Source: Catajapyx aquilonaris
Lineage: Eukaryota
DNA length: 64,000 nt
Reading direction: 5' to 3'
Assembly: GCA_000934665.2 (NCBI GenBank)
Contig: KZ538176.1
Coordinates: forward strand, 62,001 to 126,000
Position numbers and translations under genes: made by a program. Below are positions 41,101 through 56,907 of this stretch, one piece after another (position 1 is the stretch's first letter; every line of letters begins with the position of its first letter). Below the pieces are notes generated by a model. The model was not told where the DNA came from. It did no database searches and saw only the letters and a list, made by a program, of their open reading frames with translations.

Positions 41101-44100
41101 ATAACGACCTATGCTACACAAAACGATGCCTCCCCAAGAAGGATCTCTCCATGGAGCATTTTGGTCATCCTAGTCAATATTTTTATAGAAGGTTGTACAC
41201 TACCACATGTACAAAAAGGAAACTCACGGTCAACCTATTGAAAGCCTGAGTCATAAAAATCCAGGTTTAAAGTATTTGCAATTATTCAACTTTCAATGCC
41301 CACAATAAATGATTGACTCATGCAGGATTTTTATTGCCACTTTTAGATGATGCCTATAATTTCTAAAGTTGCATATTCGACAAAACTGACAATCAATAAC
41401 ACCGATGTTTGCATGCTATTGATTGCCAATTGAAACACACTGCATGAAAGTGTATTGTACTTGCAATCAGATGCATGCAATCATCACATGAAGTATATCG
41501 GTTTTAGTCTTAGTGAACAATATGCCAAAAATATTAGTATCACCTACCATACTCATAAAAACTAATACAAAAACCTTATATATAGTCCGGTAATTTGAAA
41601 TTCGACAAAAAATGGATATTGCTCAGTTATAACAACTCATACTACAGCTAAGAAAATACAGAATTTCACTTCTGTATATTAGGAACTGCTAAAATTATTC
41701 TGGAACATGACAACCACTCCGGAAGGGATCCTTTACATTTATATAGGTCTATGTATAATTATGCACAAATGTAGAAAATTACTGAATGCCATTTCAACAT
41801 TCAGCAAATACGCGGCCATTATATCCTAGATATTCAATCTCCATATTTGAGTGCCTATATTGAAAGCATCCCCATTCCACTGTTATGTTGTGCATGATAA
41901 TTCAGTCAATTCCTTCTCGGCACATACTACTATATTAAAATGTCAGATGTCCTCTTTAAATATTCCACACACGAGGATTCTGTACATATTAGCCAAATAT
42001 TAATTTTTCTCAATTATTGAAAATGCTTTCCGTCACATCCCTTCAAAAAGCGTAAATAAATAATGCCGCCAAATAACCAATCAGGAAGAGAACCTAATGT
42101 GTCAGAAAAAAAATGTAAAAAAGTAGACCTCTTTCACACTGTTGCTGACACTTAATTTCACGGTCGTAAACCATCTGGACCTGGCTGTGTGAGAAAGATT
42201 CATACTGCAGATAGAGCATTTCCTCCTCCCATCCACATAGGCCTACCACTCCCTATAAAATTCACATTTCCTGAAACAACTTTAGATGGGCATGTTGGCA
42301 CGTACACAACTATAAATGCACAATGGGACGGGCAGACTCGAGTGGAAATTTTACTTTCCCAGAAAACAGCAACACTACTAGTTATTCTCTCTTACAATCG
42401 ATCGCACGCAGCAGCCTGCAAGGCTCTCACAACCCGAAGGAGAATCCGGAACTTCAAAAGGACGCAGCTGATTTGCACCAAAGAAGGTGCCAGCTCGCGT
42501 AAGGAAAGTGTTGGTACAGCTCCTCCAAAAAAATGCATTAGCCTCAACAAATTTCACGACTACCAAGCATCCCTAATTGTCAGAAAAGAGGAAGTGTACC
42601 ACACATTAAATAACTGCAACTGCAATGCCGTTGCTTCCTGAATCCTACATGCAGTAGCCGTCACACCCGGCTTATCTCTAATAGATTGCGAACTAGAATG
42701 ATAACGAAAACGGTACAAGTTGGGACCCAAGTAATCCCCATTCTGGAAGCGAAAGTCCCCTGGATAGCATCAAAGGACCTCCAGACAAGGATCCGAAGTA
42801 CAATCCAATATCCGTGACTTTGCTTTCGATTTCCAACTCTAGGCTGTAATTGAGCCTAATGCCCAGTCTCCAACAGCTGGAAGAAACGACTCGAATAGAA
42901 ACGACCACTTTTCTTTCAGATTGCATGAGATTTTCCCACCAGACCTGTTGACTTGACAAACCTTAGGGGTGGCCCATGGGCAGGGGCCAACTCACAGAGT
43001 TCAGGCGGTATGCAAATTCAACTGGGGACACAGCCAGGGAGACCACAGCCTGTAAATTGCCACGACAATGTACGGGCTGGAACACACGCCACCGCAAATT
43101 ATCCCATGCAAGGCACACACAAAAAAAATAATCGCAAAAACCTTATTGCATTCCAATACCTCAGTACAAAACGCAATAAACATGCGCACATGTATTGCTC
43201 GCAAAACGCAATATCCTGCATAACCAACTGCGCGCCCTCATGCAACGTTGATATATATCGGCAATTCCTACCCTCTAGTCGTTGCTCGGACACAAAATGC
43301 ATATATTGTCCTGTCGTACAGAGATGAGATAGAACCGCAATGAATCAGTAGACTCTAATCAGAATGTATTTTTGTGTGACGCGCAATAATAGCAAATCAT
43401 AAACCGGGACTTTTCACACACACACTAATGAGGATATGCCCACAAAAGGCTGACTTTAAAAAAAAATCTAGTTACATAAAGATCAATTCGCGCCAAGTTG
43501 ATCATTCCCCCCAACACCGATCCTGTCACCTCATTTTTCATCATCAAATATTAGCAGACTTATATTAGCTAAAGTTCTGACAGCGTGCTAAATTTTAGCA
43601 GGCACACCTGCCTCCCTTGAGGTCACAAAGTTTTGACCCTTGTAAGTTATGGGTCAGACCTAACCTGATGTTAGTTAACGGATCAAGTTGTTCACACCAC
43701 ATCCCTTCCCACACCAACCGCTACTGTTGAAGCCTGTTATGACAATACACCTACAAAAGCCCAGATATATCAACTTAAGTAATCAGAGATTCTCACTTAA
43801 TTTGCGTTCAGGATGAACCTAACTGAAACCAATACAGGTTTTGAAAACATCGCTTTACTGTCCAATATTCTTTTATTTCCGGTTGAATTCCCCCACAAAA
43901 CTCATGGAAATGCTAAACGAGCCTAATAAATCGATGTTTGAATAATAATTTATGCATGACACCCATGTAATTTAATTTTAAGCAGTTTGCAAAATTCTTT
44001 TTTTAACCCTACAAAAACAACACGTTCTACTTGCCAAAAAGTACACTCAACGCAATTTTGCGCCTGGCTGATGTCATTCTGCACGAAGGCAGAGATTTTT

Positions 44101-47100
44101 TTTTTTTTTTACTCTCTCTCTACAGAAAAGAGAGGGAAATCCACTATTCATGAGCAGCGGTGTGCACAGTTTCACGTTCAACTCGAATCCGCGGATTATG
44201 ATTGAATGGCTTCCACTGGACCGTGGTACATTTTATGCCACCCAGTCACTCGCTCTAGGTTTCCCCAGCAAACTTCTGCCAACTAAGAGTTCAGCACAAA
44301 GAGACCGCTTCAACTGGAGTCTATACGAAAAATATAGGGGGTGGTGCATACAAATTGCCTCTCATAACTATTGCCATAATAACACGGTCAGTATGAGAGG
44401 CTGTGATTAACTCAGCCAAAATTCCAACCTAAAATACAGCACTTTTCCATTTATGAGCTGTATCGACTCAGATTGAGGAAATTTCAATTTACTTATTTAA
44501 TTTAATTTATTACACTCCAGCTGTGGATTACGTCAGAATGTGTTGCAAATACTACCCTGCTGTCCAATAGTTTCCCATCGTGGCGTGGGGCTAATTAGCA
44601 TCCGTTATGATGAGGGTGGAGGAGGGATTGGAAAATATTTCCCAGCACATTCCTTGCCTCGTATTGAGCCAGTCTTGTCATAACTTCCCGAGCAGCTCAT
44701 GCAAGTAACAAGGTCCAATGGAGCATATCGAAGACGCATGACCCATACGAAATTCCTTGTCCCGGTTACCCCCTACCACGGGAGAGGTCATGCAAGAGAT
44801 CTTTTCTGGGTGAATCTACGTGTATACATTTGACCTCAAAAGTCAAAATGAAATATAGTCTCTGGGAAGCTCTGCCTTTCAATTGTCACCAGATCAACAA
44901 CAAACGTAATGTCTGCTGCACACATGCAACTCTTTATTATCAGGCAGGGTGTGTAATATATCGCTGGTGTAACGGTTGCATATGTGGAAACAACCTTGAG
45001 CTATACAAGCATATTTGCAAATTGCACCGAAATCATACTACAGCAAATCAAACTGATACTTGTAACAAAATATCATCCGCATTAAGCAATATTCTCGATC
45101 CAGTGACTGTAAAAACGCTTTCTAAATGGCAGCTATTCATAAGGCGTTCAAATACCTTTTGATATTATTTTTGCAACACACTCTTTGTACTTGAAAGGCA
45201 GCTGTAAAGATTATTAGCCGATTGTGAAACCCCTCTAATAGCAATCTTCACGATTTCAAAATGTCCTACTCAAAATAATTATTCCCCGTTACAAGATCTG
45301 TAAGACCTTGGTGGTGGTGAAAGACCACGAAATAAACAAATTATACTACCGCTATTTATATCCACAACAAAATAGTGGATATTGAATTACTTGCTATATT
45401 TACTAACTTGTTATGAGTATAAAATGATGTGAAACACTCACCGCCTTTACATGTTCCTGTACAGCAGCATATACACATATAAAAAGTGCAACTTATACGT
45501 CGCCCCTGGGTAGGTTTCGTTTCATTTCAGAGTAACTCCTTGTAGTTACTGCTAACTGCACTTACTATTATAACATTTCCTAATCCCATCACTTGACGTA
45601 TATTACTACCCTGGCAGCAAAGTGCCAAATTAAGCACTTTTGACGTCAGCTGATACATCCCCTCTAATTGTAAACCAATCTGCAGGAACTTATGTTTCCG
45701 TCAATCACGTTCTTATCTACGCCAAGCCCCTCATGCAAAATGAGGGCAACGTGACACTATAAATTGCGGGATTAATGAGTTCATGCTCTGCTTAGGAGAA
45801 ACTCTCGTCCACTCGCGCTTAAGCCCATTGAAGGATGCTCCAACTACCTTTACCCCCCTCCAATGAAATAAGAAAAAAAAAAAATCATTGCACCACTTTC
45901 TATACCTGCACGACTACCAGCATGAAGTGACATAAGCAGCCATCTGGAGAAAGTGTTCCAAAATTTATTTAGTGCAAAATCACTTTAAAATTTAATTACT
46001 TAGAGAGAACACAATAAAAGGAGCAGTTATTTCATATTTATTTAATAACCCGTATAATAATAAAATCCTTCCATATTTGACCGAGTCCTCTGATTAGTCA
46101 GGGCCGTTTATTGTTACCGCGACCGTTCCCATTGGCGCATGCGCAATGGGTGGAGGAACTCAGTCGCTTGCTGGAAGTCGGCGAGTCAACATCACCTCTC
46201 CCGTAAACACCTCGACCCTTCCCTCTTTTGAGATTTAATATTTGTTTCAAATTAAAAGTGTCTTGTCCATTTGATTTGTATTGCAATACCTACAGATAAA
46301 ATTGGCGTGTACAAATTACCGCTATCGCACTGACCTGCAAGTTATCGCGAGTTTGTTCGGACCATCTGCTATGTGGCACTCACATGGTTTTTTCCGCATC
46401 CTCAAATCGCCGCGGAAAAAATGAACTCGTTGAAGGTCAAACTTCAACCGCTGAATGAAACTCGCTCAAATTTTTGAGTGTGAAGAACATGGCCCAAAAA
46501 TATTGCGCCCGGTCCTCCCTCAAGACAAATGAATAACAAACCCAAACAAAAAAAAGTGTACTTTGCTTCCATCCCTCCAGGAAGTATAAGGGCTGCTGCA
46601 GCCAACTATCGCCATGAATATGCATGCATGAAACTGATTACAGGCCATCTGACCCTCGCCCCCGGGTCATAAACTGTCCGAGGAAACTGCTTCCAAAAAC
46701 ATTCCAAACCTGGAATTACCTTCGCCACTCCCATCAAATTTGCTTTCAATTTGATTAAAATCGTTCCAGGTTCATTCCCACTGCCCATCTATAGTCGAAT
46801 GTCGCAATTTCTGTTGGCCAAGCTTACCAACACAACAACACTATTCAAGTTCATGTGACACAGTACATAAAAATGATTCCCACAAAAATTAAACCCGATC
46901 ATCAAATAATATTTTTGTGGTCCATCAAATTTGGCTCCAATTCGAATGCAACTAACGCCAGCAGTTATGATCACCCAAGGACTCATAACATTACATCACA
47001 CCCCTAATGAAATTTGCGAAAAAGCTCCCCCCCCCCCTCTCTCTACATTGACTAACGCCCAACTCATTTCGCCTCCATAGTGTAACAGCCTTTGATGTGT

Positions 47101-50100
47101 AATCGAATCTGGTGGGAGAACGACCCTCTATTTTGGACCCGAACGCGTGAAAGAACACCAAAGTCATTTAGTACTAAATTTCGCAAATAAATTACCAGTT
47201 CGGAACCCCCCCAAGTTCAGCAATATCGGACCAAACTTTTACCCCACGAGAATTACCATCTGAGCTCGATTATCCGCAACTTCCCAAGCAAATGTTACGT
47301 TTTCTTACCTTTTTTTTACCGTCATTTTTTTTTTGTGGACATACGAATCGCACTTGGCAAACAGACAGGGATACGGGCGTTGAACTCTGCAGGTTGGGTT
47401 GGAAAACACGCGAATAACAAGCGGGTCAGGATTGATGGTTGGTGATCAGACCGCAGCATCGTTCTGCTTCATTTGATGTGAAAAAACTCTTCCCACCCAT
47501 ATGCAACATAATAATAATCAATCGATCGATCACCGCAGATATTCATCCGGTTCCGGTAACAGCAAATCGAATATATTGATTTCTTTTATTTCCGGCCCCC
47601 TGTTGGATTTGCATCCACTTCTCACTATAGAGCATCTGAATTATGCATTGTACTCTTTTAAAAAAAGAAGCAATTTTCAAACTCTGAACCAAGAGGGCGT
47701 ATACATTATGTTAAAAATTTACATCCCAGTTTCCATGCTCAAAGGCAGAAAAATTACAGTAATTTTTAATAAGCATTCCATATTAGTCGCACTGTAACCC
47801 CTTTCAACCTATGTTCTCGAAAAAAGTAGAACTTTTTCCGGCCTTATGCACTGCACTGCGTCATATTCACCTCCTTAATGAATTTTGCTCCTGAGAGCTC
47901 CCATTAAACGCTGGATTACTTTTGTTACGCCTTGCATATAAAGTCCCCTTCGAGCAAAACGCATCTCACCGAGACAAATTCAGAACCATCAACAAACCGT
48001 AGAAACGTCTCGTCATAATGAAATCTCTTCATGAGTAATTCATGTGCTATTCCTTGTGCCACATTGACGTTCATAAATATTCTTGTGACCTACTGTATAG
48101 TGCTATTCCATATGCATACATTTACATTGTTACATGTGAGTAGCTTGAACCTTCTCATCAACAACATGTTCAATATTTTTTTTTGAACCAAAGCACACGA
48201 TGTCATCGACCAACATTGTGTCCAAAAGCATCATTTATAACTTCTCCATGCCATCAATTCCGTTTGTTGAAAAACAATCCATTAACTTCCGCCTTCGGAG
48301 CCAATCATAGAAAGCAACTCTGATGCCTAATCGATCGGAATCCAATATATCTCTTAAGAGCTTAGTCAAAAAAAAAACTATCTCTCGACCAAACAATACT
48401 ATACCAGGGAACCCTTTCCAAACAACACAAACGCCGCGACGACAGGTAATTGAAATGTCGGCTTTGTCGGCGACGTTTTTCTGGAGACAAAAAGATCTAC
48501 CCCGACTCGGTCTGAATCCCCCTTCGATCTCCAACCCAATCACACACGACATCGACTCTCAGAAAATACCAAATTCGACCCCACCTTTTTTTCGATTCTA
48601 GGTTCTTTTCATCTCCATCTGGATTTTTATCGCCAAAATACGTCAGGAGTTTGGGAGCCCTGAAACGATTTGTTAACTCGTTTCGTCACTAAAGAATACG
48701 AACATTCGCCGTAAATTGGCCCGCGTCTTTTCTTCAGCCGAGGAAATGAGTTCCTCCACTCAAAAGTTCGACCCATTCATTCAATCGGTGGGAAAATATG
48801 TGAAAATAACATTTTCACTCCAGCCACTCAAAAAAGTGCTTGGATGTGATTTAAGAGTTTTTAGAACGCCAGGAAAACTATTTTGGAAAGAAAAAAAAAA
48901 AAAACACTTTTGAGGTCGTAGAGTTTATCGCGACACCTACCACACAATAAACGCTCGGAGCACAGATATGCTCAATTAGCCGGATGTATAAATTACAACT
49001 AAACGACGTTTCCTTATAAAGAACCCTCAGCTATGTCATAGCTGCCATAAATTGCAGAAAATGCGTGCTAGACGAATATAACTTTTGGGCCGAGATTTGT
49101 ACCACATATAGACTACAGTTATTCGCGTTTACTGCTTAGTTGTCCCAATCTGTGACAATTTGATTAATCTTGCCTACCCATTTTCGTCAATGCCAAATAG
49201 ATTAAAATTACAGTTCCTTTTGAACACATTTTGAGGCTATATTCTGCACTTTTCACGCGTATGCACCATTTACCAACACTTGAAATAAAATGCGTGACGT
49301 CAATCATTCTAAGCTTAATTAACCTCAGATTTTAACGTTCATCTGGCGTTGTGCACGGAAGCCATTTTAGATGAGAATTCTGGAAAAGTTGAAAATATCG
49401 GAACTTTGTTTTAGACCTCATTTTGGGTCGGTTTTTGGACTTTGTCCAAAATTTGGAATTGCCCCCTTCATTTTCGGCCAGTGGAAACAAGCCTACAGGG
49501 CCTGAACAAAGTACAATGCAAATACCTCACCAGTAGGAAGTTGGCTTTCCCTTGCTGTCCTCCATGCTTCCTATCTCCCCGCAATCAACCTAATAAACAA
49601 TCGAAACAGATATGCATGCTGGCAAAAAGCATTGGATAATAATCGCAATAATTATATAGTCATCTATGAACCATCTGCAGTTATCAGCAAACAGTCCAAC
49701 TACAGCAGAGTCATTAGGTACATTTCAAGCATACAGTGATGGACTTCACCTGTAATTAATATTGCAGGTGGTCCACACCTGAATTCCGCCTAATATGTGG
49801 GGGCCGAATCCATTCAACCATTCTCTGACAGTACTTGATGAAATTCAACCGCAGGCATCCCCCGCCCACTCTAACAGGATCAGCAGGGTGTAACAAAAGA
49901 GACGCGTGCTTCCATGCAGATTTCAATTCACTGGGCTAATGCCGGGGATTCAGAGGATTCGACAGCTCTAGTTGTCAAACCCCGATGACTTCCAATTCTG
50001 AAGCCAACTTGGAATTTTCCAGTAATTGATAATAAATAGGTTTATGATTACATGTGGAAAGCACGTGTGTCACATGCCCAGGGAGACATTGCTTTAACTT

Positions 50101-51365
50101 TGAGGCCTCGAGGGCAAGAATCTGCAAACAGGACATCCCCACTAAATTTTGTTGACCTTAGTTTGTCGCAAATTGATTGCTAAGCCCAATTTATGAAATC
50201 CTAAATTTATTTACCCTCCTCTAGCTCCCAAAAAATGGTCTCCCTCATATGAAGACATCAAGTCGATACATTTCTTCAGCCCAATTTTTATTCCACACCT
50301 TTACCCTCAAAATTCTGTGCATCTCTTCTCAAGTCAACAGCTGCGGTCGATATGCATGACTGGAATCAAACGAAGGCATCTGGCCTGGGTGTTTACGTGC
50401 GAAAGAAGGCAGCATGAATGACGCTGTTGTTGATGTCCCAGAGCCTGAGGGCTCAGGCCAACGTGGGTCGCTTTTTGCCTCTTCTGACGTGCCTCAACTT
50501 CGCAAGAACCTTGCCCTTCCAAGACGCTAAAAAAAATTCGCGAACTCACTGATGAGTTTCTCAGCCATACAAAGTACACATTTAAAAATTCTCCTATTGT
50601 TCAGGACTGGAGGCTCAACTTATTACTAATTTTTGGCCATTCTAAGCATATATGCAAATTCTCTCTTTGAAACCAACGACCATACTCACATCAAAGTTTT
50701 TGATCCCTATATACCATCAGTAACACTTCAATAGCTTTGTAGTAGTGTGTCTGGTGGCTTCCTCGGCTCCTCGTTTTGATGTTAGAGTTAGGTTAGGCGC
50801 GCAAAGTGTACGTTGGTTCAGATGGTCCTTCCTTTGTAAACTCCACTCGCCTGTAGGCAAATTATGTGTACCTGATACCGGGGCATACAGTTACGCGAAA
50901 ACTGATGAGAAATTACTACGCAAAAAAAAACCAATAACTTACATGACGGCCTATCAGGGAAAAGGGCCTCCAGACCCCAATTTCAGTTGCCTATCACTTT
51001 AATGTTAATAATAACGGGACCCATTTTTAATTGCCCTGTGAAGCGCGACGCTGTGTATAAATTTAGCGATTTAATTGCACGCTTCTGCAAGCCCTGGTAT
51101 TAAAACAGCCTCCAATAATATTTATCCAGTGAATCAATCCATGTTACAAAAGCGGGTGGAATAATCATCCCCATTTGCATGCAACAACCAATATTCTGTC
51201 ATAGTCACACAATGTTTGGCAAGGGCAGCAATATTTAAGATACTTTATTTACAAATTGTTTAAATTAGTTTCTGTGCCATCTTTCGCTTGAATCAACGCC
51301 CAATTCATTTGTGTAAGACTCACTATCTCATCAGTAATTTTTAAGTTTAAAATGTTAATCAGTCA

Positions 51366-51464
51366 GTTCACTCTAAAAGAGTGATATTTTATATATGAAA
51401 AATTGGCTGATATTTTATATATGAAAAATTGAGTGATATTTCATGTCACTCTTTGAGAGTGAAC
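51366..51464. repeat. Small MITE-like remnant with inverted ends and an internal tandem duplication
   Basis: GTTCACTCTAAAAGAGTGA ... TCACTCTTTGAGAGTGAAC ends, with internal TGATATTTTATATATGAAAAATTG twice. Confidence 0.6.
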
Positions 51465-54423
51465 ACTTTATACAAGTATGACTATCAATGACTTAAAAAT
51501 TATTTAATGATAGTGAGTTTAGGGAGAAATTCAGGAGAACCCATCTGAAAATAATTAGAGAGATGAAATACTGAGCCCCAATGAAAATGTCGATTCATCA
51601 GCATCTCGCACCACTGGACCCTCTCTCCATCCCCCAATGGAAAACCCTTTAGAAATAACAATGCTGGTACCAGAACCCAACCTCCCACAAGTTTCAATCC
51701 AGCTTCCCCTATCCTCTCTCGTCACAAATCCAACTTGTTCGATGCAAGAAGATATTGTTGATGCAGATTTCTCTCCCTCTCTCTCTCTCTACCCACGTAC
51801 CCCCAACCTACACAAAACTCTGTTCCCACCCCCTCCACCCACCTCACCCTCCAGGGAAACTCCCAAGGGATCGATATGGACCCAACTGGGATGATGGAGG
51901 CGTCGCCTGAATCAGTCGGGGGCGGGAAAGCCCTACGTGTAGATGAGACACTTTTTTCCATTTTCCCTCGGAAGAGGAATTTCCACACAACGACCACTCC
52001 TAATCGCTCTTCTGTAACTGACTGTTGAGATATGGCAAGTTGACGGCACTACTTAGCACGAAAATGGCATCGATCGTCCTATCTCTCTGCCAGTTACCAT
52101 GAACAAAAAAGTAAATGGCCTGAAAATCCACTAGCAGTTATGTCCCTTGTCGAAAAAAAAAAAAAGAGGGGACGCCGCCAACTAATATGAAGTTTTTTTC
52201 CACCACAATTAACAGATCATGATATGTAACGAGTATGACAATTAGCTGATGAAGTACGTAGTACCATGGGAATCGCAAGTGCTCTCTCGAGATGAAAAGC
52301 TGCGGACTGGAAATACAGTGAACACATTTGAATTCAAGCTACCCTCGTTCAATTTGGGTAAAAGTCACTTCTATGCAAAACTGTGTTCACCTTCAGCCTT
52401 TAGAGCTAGAACTAAAGGACGAAAATTCAATTTCTTGAGTACTGTACCAGCAGTTTTGTTGCTCTTTCGAGTAGTGGTCATTGTTTGCTGAAGTTTGAGA
52501 TACTTAAGAAATCATAAGTCCTGAGATATCTATTGCTTTTCCATTTGGACGATTGCTTTTAAAGAGGGCTCCAGTCCTTAGAGAAAAATACTCTTATTCC
52601 CAAAAGGGTACTTATAGCAAAGAAAGTGGTCCAATCATGCCATCCCTGAAAAATTGGATTATCCGAAAAAGAAAGAAAAAATTGATTCCAGCATGAAGCA
52701 TCCCTGCTGGGAGCAATAACAAAAGAATTCCAGCTCAGTGACATTCTGAATTCATTCGCAGTCTGCAGAACGAAAAAAAAAAAAAACTGAACCTATCGGA
52801 AAAGTTTATAAGCCGCTTTTTTTTCGCAAGAGAACGAATTCCAACATACGAGTTCAATAAGCCAAATCGCCATTACTACATCCTCTTTTCCTCCAGCCTT
52901 TGCCAAACTACCGTAAACTCTGACCCAACATTTTTCTGCAGTCTTGCCTTTGAATACGTTGAATTTAAAACCGTCCAGTTCTGCAGGGTATATGCCAAAA
53001 CTTTCTGACCTCTTATCAGTGACATTGTCATGTAAATGTACATTCGGCACGAACAAATCAGCAATGTTATTTTTTAACGACTACAACCTGTCACGATTGT
53101 TTATGGCCCACACTTTTAGCATTACACCCTACGGTTCTCCCTGCCTTCCGTACGGTCTTTAATTTTTCCTATGATGTATGGCACGTACTTCCGAGAGGCT
53201 GCCGCGCATTCCATTGTAACCAAGTGGAGAGTGAACACTGTAATTTGAAGTCATTATAAATTATTTATTGCTGATTCATTACAGCCACAATTTAAAATTT
53301 TTCTCTGTTAATAATACACACAGTAATAAACAGTCACTTACTTTCGCTTCACCCTATATCTTACAAAATGTGGAAACTTTCTGGACTTTTTCTTCCAGTC
53401 CCCAAACATTTAAACCTTCTGGTACAGCCGGACACTAATCAATACCCCTTTTTTTCCCTCTATGTCCTCGGCTGGATGGCAGGACTCCAGGGGGCCTTAC
53501 CCCGATAGACACTCTATCTGTCCTATTTCACAGGGTCTGCAGACTCCCTAAAACAGTAGCGGTCCTAATATCACGAAAGACATGACTTCCGTTTCGCAAA
53601 CGGATATTTACCGTTACATCTTGACACATCTAGATAGTACTCTAGACATAATCCTTGTAATTTCATGGGCAAATGCATTCAGGTCCATTTGAGAGCAACT
53701 TTGTTTCAGCTCGTCGACCCCAGCAAAATATTAAACCGCAGCAAGAGAAGTGGCTCCCATTCCGCCTCCCCACTTCCTAAACATGGATTAATTGCCGCGC
53801 ACTTTGACATAACACAGCATTTTCTGGGGAATTCCACTGTCAAGCGGTTTTGCTACCAGTTTTATCATGCCAGCGTTTACCAGCGTCAAAAGGCGCGTTT
53901 TAGTGGAGCAAAAAAACCGGGCCAGCAATATTACCTGGCACGGGGGTCCCAACAGCAGCTAAAAAATGGATTTCTAAACTTCCAGAACTGCCACGTATTT
54001 TCTCATTTCCCAGATAATTCCACGGCGAAAAGGTTTTTCCTCCACTCCTTTTTTATAGTGTCAAAATTCCCATTAAGTTCCTTTTTTTAAAAAACCGGCG
54101 GGTGTTTCATCCCTCGAGAAACTAATACCCACCATCCCTTCCCATTGTCAAAATATGATGAATCAATTAAGCTAATCCGTTTAAAACTCCTGGATTTTGC
54201 CTAGGTTAAACAATGTCAAATAATTTTCCTCCGGCAAACAAAAGTCCCATAGTAGCTGACTTCCTCATTTTCAACCAAGCAGGGTTCAGTGTCTGGTATA
54301 TACACTTTTTTACTATCCTGCACAAGCTGCAATGATAAAGTGTCTATTAGTTTTTTAGCCTCGTGTCCAGATTATCGCTGCATTGCGGAGCTGAGGATTT
54401 TGTTTTGCAAACGGGGCTGCCAA

Positions 54424-54456
54424 ACACACTGTACGTGAAATCTCCGTACAGTGTGT
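54424..54456. repeat. Small perfect hairpin (12-bp stem, 9-nt loop)
   Basis: ACACACTGTACG-tgaaatctc-CGTACAGTGTGT. Confidence 0.75.
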
Positions 54457-55911
54457 CCACTTCACACGATTATTGAGTGCGAATGATCCACCACACGACC
54501 ATCGATCCTTGATATGGTGTGGGTGTCCCATAACACGAACGGATGTTCACAGTAGGGGGTGGAAAATATACTTTGTTTTGGTTCCACTTCTCAAATGGAT
54601 AAGATCGAGGATGTTCCGTTTTCATAAACAATAACGGCGTGAATGCGGTTTTCGACCTGCTCTATGGTGGATCCAATGTGCTTTGTTTGCGGTGATGTGC
54701 GTTACCCCCGGTCCTTTATGTGGTATCGGATAGAATTCGTAGACAATAGCAATCGTTTACATTTTAGGACCTACAAAGTGTTTGTCTGCATACTACGCAG
54801 TTCTATACACTGGCATGTATCAACTGTTTTGGTGTAATGGCCATTAACTTCAATTGATATGTATAATGTCTCACGATACAGTGGTCAATCTCGTTGCCCA
54901 GAGACACCCTGGGAACACAGACGAAAATTGCATATAGTTCATTAGCATTTCATATTGCATGTGCAGGCAATATCACATCCAGTTAAGTAGAAAAATTCGT
55001 CATTTTCTTGCAGTTGGTGCAATAATTATTGGCGTACTTCACCTAATCACATTATTTTGTGGTCTTATGGTCACGCCAAGTTTCCCCTTGTGGCATATAT
55101 TCCCACAACCAACCTTCCCAGGAGTCAATTACTGGGACTGTGTTATAATAATTTTACACGAGTTGTCTCTACCCAACACCTTACATGGTTACTGACAAGA
55201 AACTTTTACTACCGGAACCAGGTTTAACATCTACATGGGATATGCATTTGGGATTGGTGAAACTAGGGCAGCTTATCCACTGCAACCACTCAAGTGGAGC
55301 AGCTTCTAGGCGTTCTTTTCCCTAACATCAATACTGCAGTGCAAATGTACAGAAATTTTCTGCTGTGGACAGCCCAACAATTTATGAAAATCACAGTTCC
55401 ACTTATAAACCATGCATCATTTCACCAATAATATTTATCCCAATATGGAATAGCTAGCCATAAAAGCAAAGCCCATAAGAATAAAAAGCATACCTCTTGG
55501 CATTCATACATTTTTATATACCAAATCAAAAGACTGCTGATAGTGTCCATGCCTCAGTGTTATAATCCCCAACATGTACTCAGTGTACAGTATGTCAATC
55601 CGTCTATGTATTTTTGTGGTAAATATCGCCATGATTTGCTTTACAAAGGTATCGGCTGAATGGAAATCCAATGACCTTACTTTGCGTAACATGTTGTTTG
55701 CTCTACCTGAGCTATATAATGCACGTTGCTGTATTTGTAAAAGTAGGTTCAACATCCAGCTATAACGTCCTTGGCTAAACTTCCCTCAAGTTAACATATA
55801 CTGTTAATAGTCCGAGACACATTCACTTCTTCCACATGAAAGTGACACACTTTAAACACGCTAATATGCAAAATAATGATAGCATGCAATGAAAGGAAGA
55901 GCAGTACTCAC

Positions 55912-56011
55912 CACAGAAGAGGGCACCCAGCTGATGCAGCAGATGCCACCGAATATACAAGTCTGATGACACGGTACTACCATGTAATATTATGCCAGAA
56001 ATAACAGACAC
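55912..56011 (-). other. Putative 5'UTR exon 2 of TPST
   Basis: Strong acceptor (ttttcttgcag) and GTGAGTA donor, 100 nt, same strand as TPST. No other minus-strand gene is visible between here and the TPST acceptor at 24415. Confidence 0.5.
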
Positions 56012-56907
56012 CTGCAAGAAAACACACCACAATATTAGCAAACGGAATAATTCCACGTTAATTCAGTTCTGAAGTGAGGTTAGTAGAGGCTTAGTGCACA
56101 GTACCCATGGGGGTTACTGGCAAAACAGGGCAGTTTTCCACACAATAAAACCATAAAGAGAATTATTCAGCAGCATACATGTTAATGACAGTTTGTATAC
56201 GGTTGAAGCATGTGCAAAACAAGTGGTCGGTACAATACATACTCTAATTTATTTAGCTACTAGTCTTTGAACAACGCATTTGAAAACATCATCTGCAGGT
56301 GTAGGCAAATTACTTAAACATATGGACAAACACACACCATCAGATGAGTCTTTTAATAAACCATATTAAACCCTTGACATCAGCATAGGGCTGAATACAT
56401 TGTGGTGTGTCTTGTCAGTCCTTCCACTTTTGATGAACAATTCGTTCGCCCATTTTCCCCTTTAAATACGAGTGACCTGGTAGCAAAAGTAGCATGTGAT
56501 GTTCATAAAAGCGGCAAGAAGTGTGCCATACCACCTGTCCCGATTAACCCGTCGGCTGATTTCGAGCCACATGCACCACTCAACCTGTCACTTGAACCCC
56601 CTGAAATAAGCCCTACGGATACGAACCTAATGCCGGATACTCATTCCCCCCTCGTGTCAAGTGCGTGGCAGCCGATTCCTGTGTCCCCCCCTTTTCCAAC
56701 AACCACTGGCAGCCTCACACTTCCCTGACGCAGTGTCCGGATTGTGGTGGGCCGGCTCCGGGTTATATTCGCGCCGTGGGTAGCCCCCCCGCAGGCGCAT
56801 GCGGGACACACTTCGCCAATCACCGTCGTCTCACACAGCCCACCCCTGCCTATAGTCCCTGTGGCTACTAGGACACCACCTGCACAACGCACCGCACAGA
56901 CACTCAC

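Noticed and set aside
45442..45456. Possible 15-nt minus-strand microexon (cag|GAACATGTAAAGGCG|gtgagt)
   Set aside because: Weak polypyrimidine tract; such matches are expected by chance in a 31-kb intron.
50776..50797. TTAGG telomere-like repeats
   Set aside because: Only two units; likely a TE-derived or chance motif.
32160..55800. Numerous 60-150 aa ORFs in the large intron
   Set aside because: No recognisable domains, no transposase or RT motifs and no consistent splice chains; consistent with random ORFs and decayed repeats.
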